DNA of 64,000 bases from Phoronis australis (taxonomy: Eukaryota; Animalia; Phoronida). The translations under genes were made by a program, and so were the position numbers. Positions 22,739 through 34,388 of the stretch are shown in pieces. The notes below the pieces were generated by a model that was not told the DNA's origin, searched no databases, and saw only the letters and a program-made list of their open reading frames with translations. The DNA lies in contig NMRA01000340.1 of the NCBI GenBank assembly GCA_002633005.1, positions 295,435 to 359,434 of the forward strand, read 5' to 3'. Within the stretch, counting starts at the first letter, position 1. Each line of letters begins with the position of its first letter.

Positions 22739-25700
22739 CATTGCAATCTTAACAACAGTTTTTTAATTTATGTATTTGTGTAAAATAATTGTATGTAGAT
22801 TTCGTTGTACTTTTTTAACTCAGATATAATGCCTCTTGGCGCATTCTGGGTTATGTACATGTATATTCATTGTATCGAAGATTTCGTAATAAACATTATA
22901 AAAAATAGATTGTATTACTTGGCAACCACTTTGTTTTTCGAGAATTGACCTTGACCTCAAAATTTAGGCAACCGACTCCATGAGTACCAGTGTGCCAAAT
23001 TTGGGGCTTTAATCCGAGGTGTAAACGTTTTCGGGTTAAGGGCTTGGACCATTACTTATGCCACAAAATGCAACTGACCTCAACTACGCGGAGAATGTTT
23101 AGTGGATTATTTATGACTTGATGGATTCTTTTTCAACGTTTGATGAAATCATGCAATATGAGAATTTTCAGGAAGATCGAAATCAGCTAATTTTTATGAA
23201 ATTAGTCAAGCACTGTATCCCCTGAGAACACAGAATATTTTTCACGGAATGTTTTCTTTGCCGAGGTGCGCGAGCAAAAATACCCGTTTTCAATGGAAAT
23301 GCTATGCAGCCAAGAAATTGGAAATAAGGGTTAAATTAGGATATGACAACGCAAAGAAAGAAACACAAACATGAATCCATGCATAAAATAGACTGCTGTG
23401 AGCATTAGCATACCTTTACTTCATTTTATGTGTTAAACTTAACGTTTAAAAATGTTAGCTAAGGTTATGAATGGGCAATGTCGGCATTCCCGTGCTGCCA
23501 TTATGGCGTTTTGTCCATGCCCATCTTGCAGAGTCTTAGTTAGTTTCATCTATTTACGTCATAATAAATGACAATATTCGCAATCCTCCTCTTGTTTTAC
23601 TCTGCAACATAGCTCGTGGGGTACCCCGCGCAAAATAGATTACGATAAAAACAGTGTCGAGAAAATGTGGGAACTCTATTGGAAAATGGAATCCGTTTGT
23701 GGTCAATTTGTTAACGCTGCTTTAGAGTAAGATCAAAAGTACTTACATTCCTGCATGCGACATAGCCATTAATTTCGAAAATCACCGAGAGAGAGCACGA
23801 AATCATACCAAACAGTCCTTAGTTCATCTATTCTATGCACTTATGTTGTGATAAACAGAGCTGGACTGGATGCCACTGTTCTTCCCAAGACGTCGGTGAG
23901 CTGTCCTTACCACGGCTCTGTGAGGTTTTGTCCCACTCAACAATACGCCTACCCTCGTTCACGTAAAAAAGGGCAGTGGGACCTTAAGTCTTGACCGTTG
24001 ACTTCAATCTCCAGTTAAGTAGGCTTAAAATACTCTGCCATTTAACAGAACTTTAGGTTGCGATAGCAGAAGATGTTAGTGCGATTTGGCTGAACTCTGA
24101 AAATCTGTTTTCTCGTCGATAATGTCACTTTAAACATCTTTTCCAGATTTTTTGTGCGTCGTTTTTCTTGTGTTCCTTGTTCAACATGAGGCTGCCGTGA
24201 TGACCAACGAGCTACAGCCTGAAACCGACAGCAGTGAGCTAGAACAAGATCTTAGCGAACTGACTGCCCGCAGTGAAAACGAGGCCAACGATGATAATGA
24301 CGAGGATGACGAAGACGACGAAAAGCCAAACATTGAACTCATGAAACGTTACGAAGATGTGGCAGAAAAGGAAGCGAAAGAAAACCCTGATAAGCGCTTT
24401 TGGTTTTGGCACCGTAGACGTCGTATAATCCACCAGAGTTAACACCACCATCGTCGCCTTTCTCACTACGGAAAAAAGTAATTTAGGTGTAATCTGACGT
24501 TAAGACGCTGGCTGTAAGGATCCCTGTGATCTGCTGCCTACCATGCTGGTTTACAAAAACCTATAAATAGTCCAGACTTGTTATGTATTTGCAGTTATGT
24601 AGAGTTGCAAATCAGTGAAAAAGCAATGACTCTGAAGACATGTCAAAACATCAATTCCTTGTTGAACTTTTTTTTCTGACTGTAATTAAAGTCAAGTCTT
24701 AGGGCGTTTGAAACTCCAAAAAAACAGCTGGATTTGACTTCCAGATTTTATGATAGCGTAATTACACAATGCCTTTGAATAAACCAGTAGCTTGCAAAAC
24801 TGTTGTTTCTATTGTCAGGTGAGACAATATTCCTCCTTCACAGACCGCAAATACAGTTAAGTAGTCTTTTTTCGTGAATACACTTCTGTTCTCACGAAGC
24901 ACGTGCTACAGTATTTTCCAGCACACGCAACTTACACCTCTGTCCCGTCAGATATGACACGAAATGTGGTTGATGCAAAATGAATTGCAATTTAGAAAAA
25001 ATGCTTTATAAAATAAAAAGTCCACAGTTACCCTGCGAAACGTGTTTGTTTGTCGTCAGAAATGTTTTAACATTTAAGTGTTAAAACACAGAAAGCGTCA
25101 CAACAAAAACACCCTTTCATGAGTGACTCCACGTTCTATAAACTCCAGGCTCAGTTAAGACCGAAGAAGAAAATTTGGCCATTTCACGAACACCATGTCA
25201 GTGTCGGTCTCAGGCTTTGGCGTAAGCTCAAGCGGGGGTTGGACACAATGGCGCCCTGGCAAGAAGCCCCCTCTGGTCGAAATCCCAGGTCGAAACCCAT
25301 ACCAATTTTGCGCTTGGTAAATGCCCCCGAGTCGACTTATCCCAACGTCGCGAACAATTTCGCGTTTGCTCCGGAATTCCTCTGGTTACGCCACTAATCA
25401 CCGTTCCACAATACACCGCCGGTTTCATTCACCATCTTGAATACGTACTTGCGTTGAGAAAACAAACCCCTTCACGTACGTTTCCTCCTGTGCATGTATA
25501 TCTAGTTACCTACTCATGGGATAAACGCATTATCAAGCGCAGTTTCTGTCACTTTCTCGTCCTTAAAGCGAAATCTGCTGTATTATTGCCTCTCCATAGA
25601 GGGCAATTTGGCTTGTTTACTCTGCTTAGTTCTCACAGTGCCCTCGCTGGTTCCTTGCGTGCCGCTAGGTACCTACTGTACGCAGGGAACCAGAGAGTGT

Positions 25701-26743
25701 CAGTATCACACCAATGTGCATGCGCTTCGCATGCGCAACTCACAACTGTGGAAACATTATCCATAATGTTTTGATTCTGTCAAAATCATTATCAATATCA
25801 TATAACGCATCCTCTCATTGGCTTATTGCACAAAGTATGACATAAAAACTGGTTAATTAATGTAGGGCCCAATTGTATGAAACAGTCAGAAATGGGGTCT
25901 CAACAACGGCGATTCGGGAAGCCGGCAGTGGGCACTACCGCTGCCTAGCTCTGGTAGGTGTAACGTAAAGTTATTGAAATTTTGTTAAAATATACCGACA
26001 TGATCAAGCACCAAGTGACCACCTGATGCAATACAAAGCTCATGTACCTGGGACAAATGAAGAAATATAACGCATGACGTATGTTGAAACATGGGTAGCG
26101 ATTTGGCCGAGGCATGGCCAGAGGGTAAATTCACACGACCACACATTTTGGCATTTTCATCGTGTTTCTTTGCCTGGCGCTAGATTTCTTTCACCCGTAG
26201 GAATATACGTCATGAAACGTTCGTCGTATAAGTATCTAGGGGGAAGGAAAACAGCAGAGCAGAATCGGTCGATAATCTTTAATTTCTCAAGTTTCGAATT
26301 AGCATATCAAGATAAAAACAAGGTAAACACACTTTTAATACTCATCGAACTGTTTTGACAACTAAGGAACTGGAATTACAACGAATTTAGTTGTAAACAA
26401 GTCAACGCTCACACAAGCCATCTTGACTCAGTCAAAAGGCGGAGAGTGGGCAGACAATATTGATGATATTGCAGAAAAACGTCGTTTGCATCTATAATTC
26501 CTGGTTATCTCTTCCTACTATCATGAAGTTAGCACTATATTTTACAATCGCAGCCTAAAGCAGTGCTCATGCAGGGACGTATTCATGGTCAACACCTTTA
26601 TTTGGACTTTCTTTCTTTTAAAGGTGCATTTCTCTTTGTTAAGATAAAAAACTATAATCAAATTAGACTTTTGACACCCACGAAATTAGTCTCATAGTAT
26701 TACTTACCGTGATTAGATTCTCCTTCTGTTAACTACACGACGA

Positions 26744-26936
26744 TGTTGTGAAGCTGTGGAGTTGTCTCCCTCAAAAACTGAAGACAACATCAAGTGGGAA
26801 GCTTCCACGCGACTCGGCGTTCAAAAGAGAGCGTCTGCTCCCTTGACTTTGTGGTATTCAGACTGACAAGTCGTCAGTTTGCACTGTCGTAACCTTTGGC
26901 GAGTATTTGGCGTGCCCTTAACTTGAATATACTACA
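26744..26936 (+). repeat. 5' LTR
   Basis: tgttgtgaagctgtgg...gaatatactaca, followed by PBS-like sequence. Confidence 0.93.
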
Positions 26937-26959
26937 TTTTGGTGGGAACGATGGGATCT

Positions 26960-29900
26960 CCATGGTCACTGAACAATGCCTCAGAGATGTCGGTGCGTAT
27001 CGACGCCTCTCGTGACAACACGCTTGATGCACTGTTCTCACTCAGCCTTTCCATAACGTTCTCACTTTTCTGTTTTACTTGTCCGATCACCATTTCCAGT
27101 TCTCCGATGGCGGCCATTTTGTCCGCCAAAACTGACGCGTACGTGACCAGATTGTCCTTTTGTAGAGCCAGCAGTCTGTTCTTCTGCACTTCGCTGTTCG
27201 CCTGTTCGTTAACAAGCACAAACTGTAACTCTTCAATCTGACACTGGGCGTCCTCAAACTCCCTCACGTTCCTCTACATCGCCTGCTTCTGTCGGGTCAG
27301 GTACGCCAGCTGGCCTAGACACACAGCCTCCAGCGACAGCATCTCGGCATAGTTCTTCAACTTTGCCTGAACATCAGGCACATACTTCTCCGGAGACAAG
27401 TGCAACAATTTCAGGCAATCGTTCACTTGTATCAGTTCTTTTCGATGCCCTTCATGGCATCCGTTTTCTCGTCCATCCGCATACTACAGTCGAGTGACCT
27501 AATTATCGGACGTTTTGACACATTTTGCATTATATTTAATTGAAAATACTACGGATTGTTGTAAATTCTTTGCTGAAATAAAGATTTACCTTCACGTAAT
27601 TGTTCTGTTACTATATCTTGTCACTGAAAGCCACATTTATGTTCCGACTGATCTTCAAAAAACACAACAACCAAACCTTCGGAGAACCTAAATATCGGAC
27701 ACCATGTTTCTCCATACGCCACACCGCGGAAAACTGACTAACCATGTAATGGCCGCGGGCACCTTGTCACCAAATTTCAGCTCGAGTGTTTTGACATATA
27801 TGCTGCTAGAACCCAGGTCCATTCGCAACAAAATTATCCATAAAATGAAATCTGATGACGGCGCCAAGTCGTTTCGATGAATTAGTGCAGACGACTAAAG
27901 CACGTGCAAACTCACTGCAGTTTTTAGTATCACTTAGGCTTCTTGATATGACACCCGCACGTGCGCGGTCGGGGTTTGACTCGAGTTTAAAAACAAACGA
28001 AAAAATGGAACAGTGACATATTGTCAGTTCAATGAGATGGTGCCATTGTGGAAAANGTCAGTTCAATGAGATGGTGTCATTGTGGAAAAAGATTTTATTT
28101 TCAACTTTTATAACCGATTTATGCGATCGTCCATTTTAGGCCGACTTGGGGGTCTAAATTGCACCCTCTCTCGGTGAAATCAAAACGAGGCAACGCTGTA
28201 AAAAACAAGACGGTGCCGGACATTTAATGCATTACAACGGAACAAAAATTGGTGTCATTTAATTCTCAGATTATGCTTCAAGTAAGATTCTATGAAATGT
28301 CCGATATTTAGGTTCCGTCCGATAATTAGGTACACTATGTGTACTCACACCACTCCGTATACTGGCCATCACCGTGCGACACTGTGCTATCAATGCCTGC
28401 GAGCGATGTGGCGACTCCTTACCATGCCCACCATAATATGTTGGACTGTCTGACATCAAGCTGCTGATGTCTTCGTTCAGCGTAGTCAATTTGCCTTCTA
28501 TCAAATCTGACTGCTGCCTGAGGGCATTATAGGCTAACTCTATCTCCCTATACTCCAACTGCAACTTCTGCAGTCTCGCCTGTAACAGTTTGACTGCCTG
28601 GAAACACTTGTCATATTTACCCTTCAGAGCCCTATACTCCTCTGAAACTGACTCAAAACTAGCCACAGACATGTCCTGTGTACACTAAGTCTAAGATCGT
28701 GAAGTCACTGCTAACATCCTCATGCCCGTTACCCAGTTGATAGTCATGCAACAGAACCACCATTTCATCAGTCAATCTTGTACATTCTCCGTCACTCGTT
28801 TCCAATTGTTCTCTTTGCTGGAGAACGTTCTTCTTTAAACGCACATTCTCCCTCCTTAAGTCTGCCATTTCTAAACTAGTAATATGAGTTTGCATAACAC
28901 TGACTCGCTGTTGTAGCCCACTGTCAGCGTTTTTCCCATGATGCACACTCTCCAACTCAGCAGTAAGATCACTTGTTTCTTTCAATGAGTCAGACAGCTT
29001 GCCTTCAAGCTCTGCGATCGTCTCATTCTTCTCACGTAGGATATCTGCCATGTCAACATCTAGGAGTCCACAATATTCGATTGCTTTTGGTAGCGTTCAA
29101 TACGCTGCTCTAATGAACGTATTTTTTCATTCAACTGCTTTCTTTCCATTTCAAAACCACTTTGAACTTCTTTAATTTTCATTTTATGATGCCATTCACT
29201 GCAACGTAACTTTTCCATATTCTCTTTTAACAATTTCTCAATACTTTGCAATTTACTACACTTCTCCTAAAACTTAGAATTAAAACTTCGTAACTATGCC
29301 ACCTCTTTAGTTAAATTTCTTACAGTCTTCGTCTTTTCCTCCAAATCTTTGCGTGATTTCTCCACCGACTCAGCCCTTTCCTTGCACAACCTATCAGCTC
29401 TCTCGAGCTTATTTTTCATCCTCGTAATATCCTCATCTTTTATGATAATCTGTCTCTTGGCTTGTTTCAAGTCACCAGTCAACTTCTTCACATTTTCCCG
29501 TTCACCGTTCCAGTTCTTGGTCGTCTGTTCCATTGCTAACAGTTGCAGCTTACCCTGTAGTGCACCAATCTCCGTCTGCTGTCTGTTAATGATGCCATTT
29601 GAGTCTCTTACCTGTCGCTTTAGTGTCTGCACCTGCGCAATGTATCGTGTCGAATCGGTAGCAAAATCATCCAGAGATTCACGATGACTGAGCCGTCCCG
29701 CTTTCAGCTGAGTCTTCAGTCAGACATTATCGTCCTGGAGATGGCTCACTTGTTTATGATCCTTCTCCAGCTGAGCTTTCACCGTCTCCACTGGCTCCAC
29801 ACAATAGGCAGGCTCAGCTTCCGACAAGTCAACCACCACTGTCGCTTGGTACCTGTAAGTGTTTTCTGCACTCCTGACGGACGCCTCCAGAGGAGGTGAC

Positions 29901-31757
29901 TTGGGTCGTGGTGAGCCTGATCGTGACCTTGCCAGTAGTCTCTCGGTGGGTGACATCATAGCAGGCGACTTGTGGTGGCGAGATGCGCTGTGCTTTCGCT
30001 GGTACAGTCGAGAGCTTGACTCAATAGGAGGCACCACCTCTTTGTCAATGATGTCATCAACTTCTTTCGTATTGACTGACGAGTCTCTATACGCCTCACC
30101 TAACTCAACCTGGTCCAGGTGCCGCGGTTTGTACGACGCCGGCTGGGCGGTTCCACTGGAGCGGCGATGCAGCTCTCGGATACACTTCTCCACCTCCTTA
30201 ATGGCCTGCTTCTCTTCAGATGACATTGTCGATGGGATGTCAGCTCTCTCGTCATGAGTGGTGGGACGTGGCGACGCCTGCTTGTGCTGTTGCGACAGGG
30301 ATAATTGCTGAGAAGGGTAAGCGGCGCTTGGTGCAGGATGACTGACGGTCAAGTCGGACGAATCAGTTGAGGACGACCTCCGTCGGCTCACTGACCTGGC
30401 CTCGGTCATATCATCTTCGATGTGCTTCACCTGGTCTGTACTGCGGGCGGGGTAACGACCGCCCAACACCCGGGTGTCCGTTTTCAACGTGGGTGGAGTC
30501 CTAACCCGTTTCGACACATCCTGCTTCAAACGGTCTTCATCATCGACGTGTCGCGTGGTGACGCGATCCTCGTCGGAACGACTAGAAAAATCCTTACGAT
30601 ACTCAGCACTGACGGCAGCAGTGCCATCGTTGGAGTGGTGACTAGATGACTTGGCCATCTGTATACAGTTTTCAATGGCTTGGATCCAGTTCTTACGTAT
30701 ACCTTGTGTCATGTCTGAAAATATGAAGGTGCCGCTTCCAGTCTGAATTTCAAAGCCCTTAATGCGCAACACGTCAACAGGTGTCACCTTCTCTCCAGTA
30801 GACTAGTCAATCCTGCCATCGAGCATATCGTTCTCCTCAGCCATGGCGTCCTTGTAGTACCTAAGGCCAGAGCCACTCAGCACGAACCAGTGCTTGCAAC
30901 AATCCCTTTCTGACTCTCCTCGTTTCACAAGCCAGCCCTTCTTCACAATGTTGCCATCCTTTTTGCCATCTGTATCATTGATAAGTTTCAGAGCGCCAAG
31001 ACACTCCTTGTTGGAAAATCTATTCCGTGGTGATGTGTCATCGAGATTTTGTGGGGTTACAGCAACAGAGAAGCCATAGTTTCTAAAAGGACTCGGTGAT
31101 TTGGACTCACGGAAACTGCCATGTGGCCGATTGCGGAGTCAACTTACTGTTTGCCCTCGACGCTCCCTGGAAGTCTTCGCCGTCGTTCTGGGTCCTCTTC
31201 GGAACTGACATCATTCTCAATATGCTTCACCTTCGGGACGCTAGCAAACTCATTAATTGTAAGGCAGAACTTTATATGGTACGGGTTTCACGGGCGCTGG
31301 CCTGTCGGGGGTGGTGAGCGATCCGAACAAGTTCTTGGACTGCTTTCTTCCCATGTATAGACTATCATTGTTATCATATTCGTAGTTAGCAACATCTAAG
31401 TCGTTTCGGGATCGTTTGTGTTCGCTCAGTTTACCGCCATCTAGACCATTGTTTTGATCCTGCATGCTACTATTCCTACGCACACCATCTCGCCCCAGCA
31501 ATACGCCTGAGGCTTGTGCGAGCCAGGGTACTTAATCTCGTCGGGAGGTGGTAGCCGTGCTGGAGCCTCACTTTCAGAACCCGACTCTTCCTGGCTTTCT
31601 CCCTCCTCGGATTCGTTGTCCTCGTCGCAGAGCCTCTGGTTCACGTACGTCTCACTATGGCTGCGAGACAGTCCCAATAGCTGTAGGTCTCTCTTGAGTT
31701 TGTTTGCGCGCTCTTCCTCGTAACGTACAATTTCTATGGGCTGGACCAGCGTTGAAG
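26960..31757 (-). pseudogene. MPRIP: Intronless decayed copy of an MPRIP/TRIOBP/outspread-family gene (PH domain + long coiled coil), antisense inside the LTR element
   Basis: Minus strand ~30960-30660 reads KKGWLVKRGESERDCCKHWFVLSGSGLRYYKDAMAEENDMLDGRID*STGEKVTPVDVLRIKGFEIQTGSGTFIFSDMTQGIRKNWIQAI, recognisable as the family's PH domain, followed by Ser/Arg-rich and coiled-coil ORF fragments down to the PBS; multiple stops and frameshifts; no evident introns. Confidence 0.85.
27484..28341. mobile_element. Non-autonomous Tc1/mariner-like element inserted in the captured gene
   Basis: Inverted repeats acctaattatcggacg / cgtccgataattaggt near both ends, TA at both flanks; AT-rich interior interrupts the coiled-coil frame. 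Confidence 0.7.
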
Positions 31758-31920
31758 CATTATCGGTAGTATCTCCATGAGAACGTCACCGGAGCATGCG
31801 GAAGCCATCGCGCAGATCCCTTCGGACAGGCTCCTGATTGAGACAGACGCAACGCGTTTCCGGGGATAAAACCCACATGTCCAAAAAATCCCCATATGTT
31901 GGAATTGCGGAAAGCAACTA
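31756..31920 (+). pseudogene. TatD-family nuclease C-terminal remnant
   Basis: Plus-strand frame SIIGSISMRTSPEHAEAIAQIPSDRLLIETDATRFRG matches the TatD 'IPLDRLLLETDAP' motif. Confidence 0.65.
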
Positions 31921-32324
31921 TAATCCGGGAGGAGACTTTTTCGGGCTTAGCGGGGTTTAATAATTGGGGGTTGAGGGAAAATGGAATTTTGTTTTTGTTG
32001 TAATCATAGAATTTCCAAGTTTTTTGAAATATAAGTTATATAGTTTCACTATGTATGTGTTGTTTTATTTTGTGGCTCGGCAATTAACGTATACGATCGG
32101 GTATACGTTAAGGTAAGCGGGTATGAACACATATTTTCCGGGTATGGTTCATCATTGTTTTTTTTGCGGTTGTGGACTTATGTCCAGATAGTGCTCCACA
32201 TTGTTTCCGCGGTTTTTTTTTATAATCTCACTTCCGGGTGAGGATTGTATTCCCGTGGGGTGGGATGAAATTCAGAACCCTGGACGCCGAAGAACGCCTC
32301 TCCAAAAGATGTGGTGGGGAGGAA

Positions 32325-32517
32325 TGTTGAGAAGCTGTGGAGTTATCTCCCTCAAAAACTGACGGCAACATCTAATGGGAAGCTTCCACGCGACTCGGCG
32401 TTCGAACGAGCGCGTCTGATCCCTTGACTTTGTGGTATTCAGACTGACAAGTCCTCAATTTGCACTGTCGTAATCTTTGGCGAGTATTTGACGTGCCCTT
32501 ACCTTGAATATACTACA
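32325..32517 (+). repeat. 3' LTR
   Basis: tgttgagaagctgtgg...gaatatactaca, preceded by polypurine tract and followed by TSD acga. Confidence 0.93.
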
Positions 32518-34221
32518 ACGACTCAAAAATTTGCTATCGACATTATTGAGGTTGTCGAACCCTGAAATTGTGAATTTTACATGGCACATGCTGCACGCAT
32601 TTCCTGTGACTGGAGTTGGTAATTTAAAAATGAATCATGCTATAGTCAGGATTACTGCAAGACTTATTTGATGAGCCGAAAGGTCCAATTCAAATTCCGT
32701 CTTTTGACCCGCTAAACATGCCAAAATTGAACTTAAAAATCGTAATTTAAAAAATGGCTATGACAATGTTCTAAAATAAACTGATTGCTTTTCAAAAAGA
32801 AGTATTAACGGTATGAACAAGCAATTGGGAAAGCAAATCTATTCTGACAGCCTGGTTAACATTAAACCTGCCTCTTGGTTCATGTACTAAAATTCATTGT
32901 GTAGATAACATTCTACTTTCAATTTGCCTTGTTATGAACGGCAGCATGTCATGATTGTACTCCCGTGTCACCAATCTTGACAGAACACGTTCGCCTACAA
33001 ATGATAACATGATGTATTTTGTAATTTTACTTGTATGTTGTACCGTTTTCCCCAAACGCACGACTTTAAACTATAATAGGATATGAAATATACAACAGTT
33101 TTCTAACGTATAAAAACTTTCTTCACTTGAAATATACTGCGGAAGGTTTTACTGTAGCTTGCGATGTTTTTGTAAAATACGTCACGATAGTCATTGCACC
33201 ATAAAGAATGACGTAACAAATGACAGAACAAGATTGCTGTTTTGGTTACTGGAGGTGTGGCGCCTCACACAAATAGTTGGTACGATTACAGACAAAAAAG
33301 ATATCGGGAAGATGACGAATGAGAGACTCAAACTGTATACAGCACGGGAGCGAGCGAAAAAAGAATTGAAGAATTACGAGCAATTCGTTCTAAGAGGGCA
33401 TATTGCTTCAGTGGTTTTCGACAGCCCGGGTGAAGACGAGTATGATTCAGAAGACGACCGTTACCAGAGGGTATCCACATGAGACAAATTAACTCTGTCT
33501 GCACATTCTGAGGATGCCGAAAAACGGTTAAAACAAAACGAAAATTCAAGTAAAAACCGTGCACAGTGCTTGAGATCAAGTCGAGAGCTGCACGAGGATG
33601 AAACGGTGGCCAAGAGTGACAACTTGCCATTCCCTGGTTGGCCTAGTCTTGACAAAAACGGAAACAAAATAGAGCCGTGCATAACAGCAATACAAATTGG
33701 TCGAGTGGTCGTCAAGAGCCTAAAAGAAGTACCAACCCGGACGAAATAAACTTGAGAGAGGATTTTTACGAGGTTGCTTTCGTGATGCCGAAAAAGGGAT
33801 ATTACAAAACAGGGCAACATGTATGTGTAACAACCGAGAACGACATGGAGACATTATTCTGTTGAGAGGCAACGGTCACGAGGTCAAGACTAACGAGTCA
33901 CTTCTACCTGGATGTTCTGCTACTGCTGGCAAAAAAACGACCAAAACAAAAGCGACCTTTCCGAAAGAACCCTGTACATTTTTAGAATGTTAAAGAGCAA
34001 CATAGAGTCACCACACCGCGGACTGTGGATTGTTTGGGATGTCATGAATACGAGGGCATAGCCAAGGATGACGAGTTATCACCGCCGGCATGCTCTGGAA
34101 ATTCCAAAGGATGTAAAGGTGATAGCATTCCGAACTCCACGAAGAACCTCGGCTCGATTACAGGCGGTACTCTACACATGTTCCCGGAAGAAGTTACAGA
34201 AACTCGATTCGTGCCAGTACC

Positions 34222-34378
34222 TGGCGTGCGTTCAGTAGTCGCTAGGACCTACGCTAGGACCTAGCTAAAACCTAGTCTAAGTCACGTGTTCTCGTTTGAA
34301 ATGCACGGCAGTATTTTACGTAATCTCGTGAAGTCTTGCTTTTTAGCGAGGTCCTAGTGTTACTGAACGGGAGGCTGG
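34222..34378. mobile_element. Short MITE-like inverted-repeat element
   Basis: cgttcagtagtcgctaggacct ... aggtcctagtgttactgaacg inverted arms with internal gctaggacct tandem copies. Confidence 0.45.
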
Positions 34379-34388
34379 TGTACTAAAG

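Larger units (their letters stand above)
16446..23051 (+). mobile_element. Academ (XPG/Cys8-type) DNA transposon, defective, inserted in intron of peptide paralog
   Basis: Termini TAGTCC...GGACCA, ~100-bp imperfect TIRs (ggattaaagc.ccaaa.ttggcacac...gaggtcaaggtcaa), 3-bp TSD tta (16443-16445 / 23052-23054), empty site visible in unit 1 (~10110); decayed coding 18290-19690 with RVETVFDAY, CDHEESDIRM, ETDVVV, FHALKGSDT..FYGEGKKTAW and C-terminal CGCK..C..C motifs. Confidence 0.85.
15367..24481 (+). pseudogene. Paralog of the His/Arg-rich peptide precursor, probably pseudogenised (exons 15367-15378, 24147-24481)
   Basis: ATGAGAACTTTG|gtaagt exon 1; exon 2 begins ccag|atttttt g, 1 nt shorter than copy 1 (frameshift giving MRTLIFCASFFLCSLFNMRLP*); the ancestral frame has an internal TAA at 24440 (FWFWHRRRRIIHQS*HHHRRLSHYGKK*); both TATA boxes are altered. 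Confidence 0.8.
14450..25777 (+). repeat. Tandem segmental duplication, unit 2 (expanded by nested transposons)
   Basis: Colinear with 8195-13980; intron enlarged by the Academ element and nested LINE/MITE. Confidence 0.9.
26744..32517 (+). mobile_element. Non-autonomous LTR retroelement carrying captured host gene sequence
   Basis: 193-bp TG...CA direct repeats at 26744-26936 and 32325-32517 (about 15 mismatches by eye); 4-bp TSD acga; PBS-like tggtgggaacgatgggat at 26940; purine-rich gtggtggggaggaa directly before the right LTR; no gag/pol motifs seen. Confidence 0.93.

Noticed and set aside
28023-28090. 33-bp direct repeat
   Set aside because: The copies flank a single N at 28056; typical contig-overlap artefact.
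26932-31723. Functional MPRIP/outspread gene or a gag-like coiled-coil ORF
   Set aside because: Multiple stops and frameshifts, a transposon insertion, no start or terminal exons, and it lies antisense within LTRs; no gag zinc knuckle or pol motifs.
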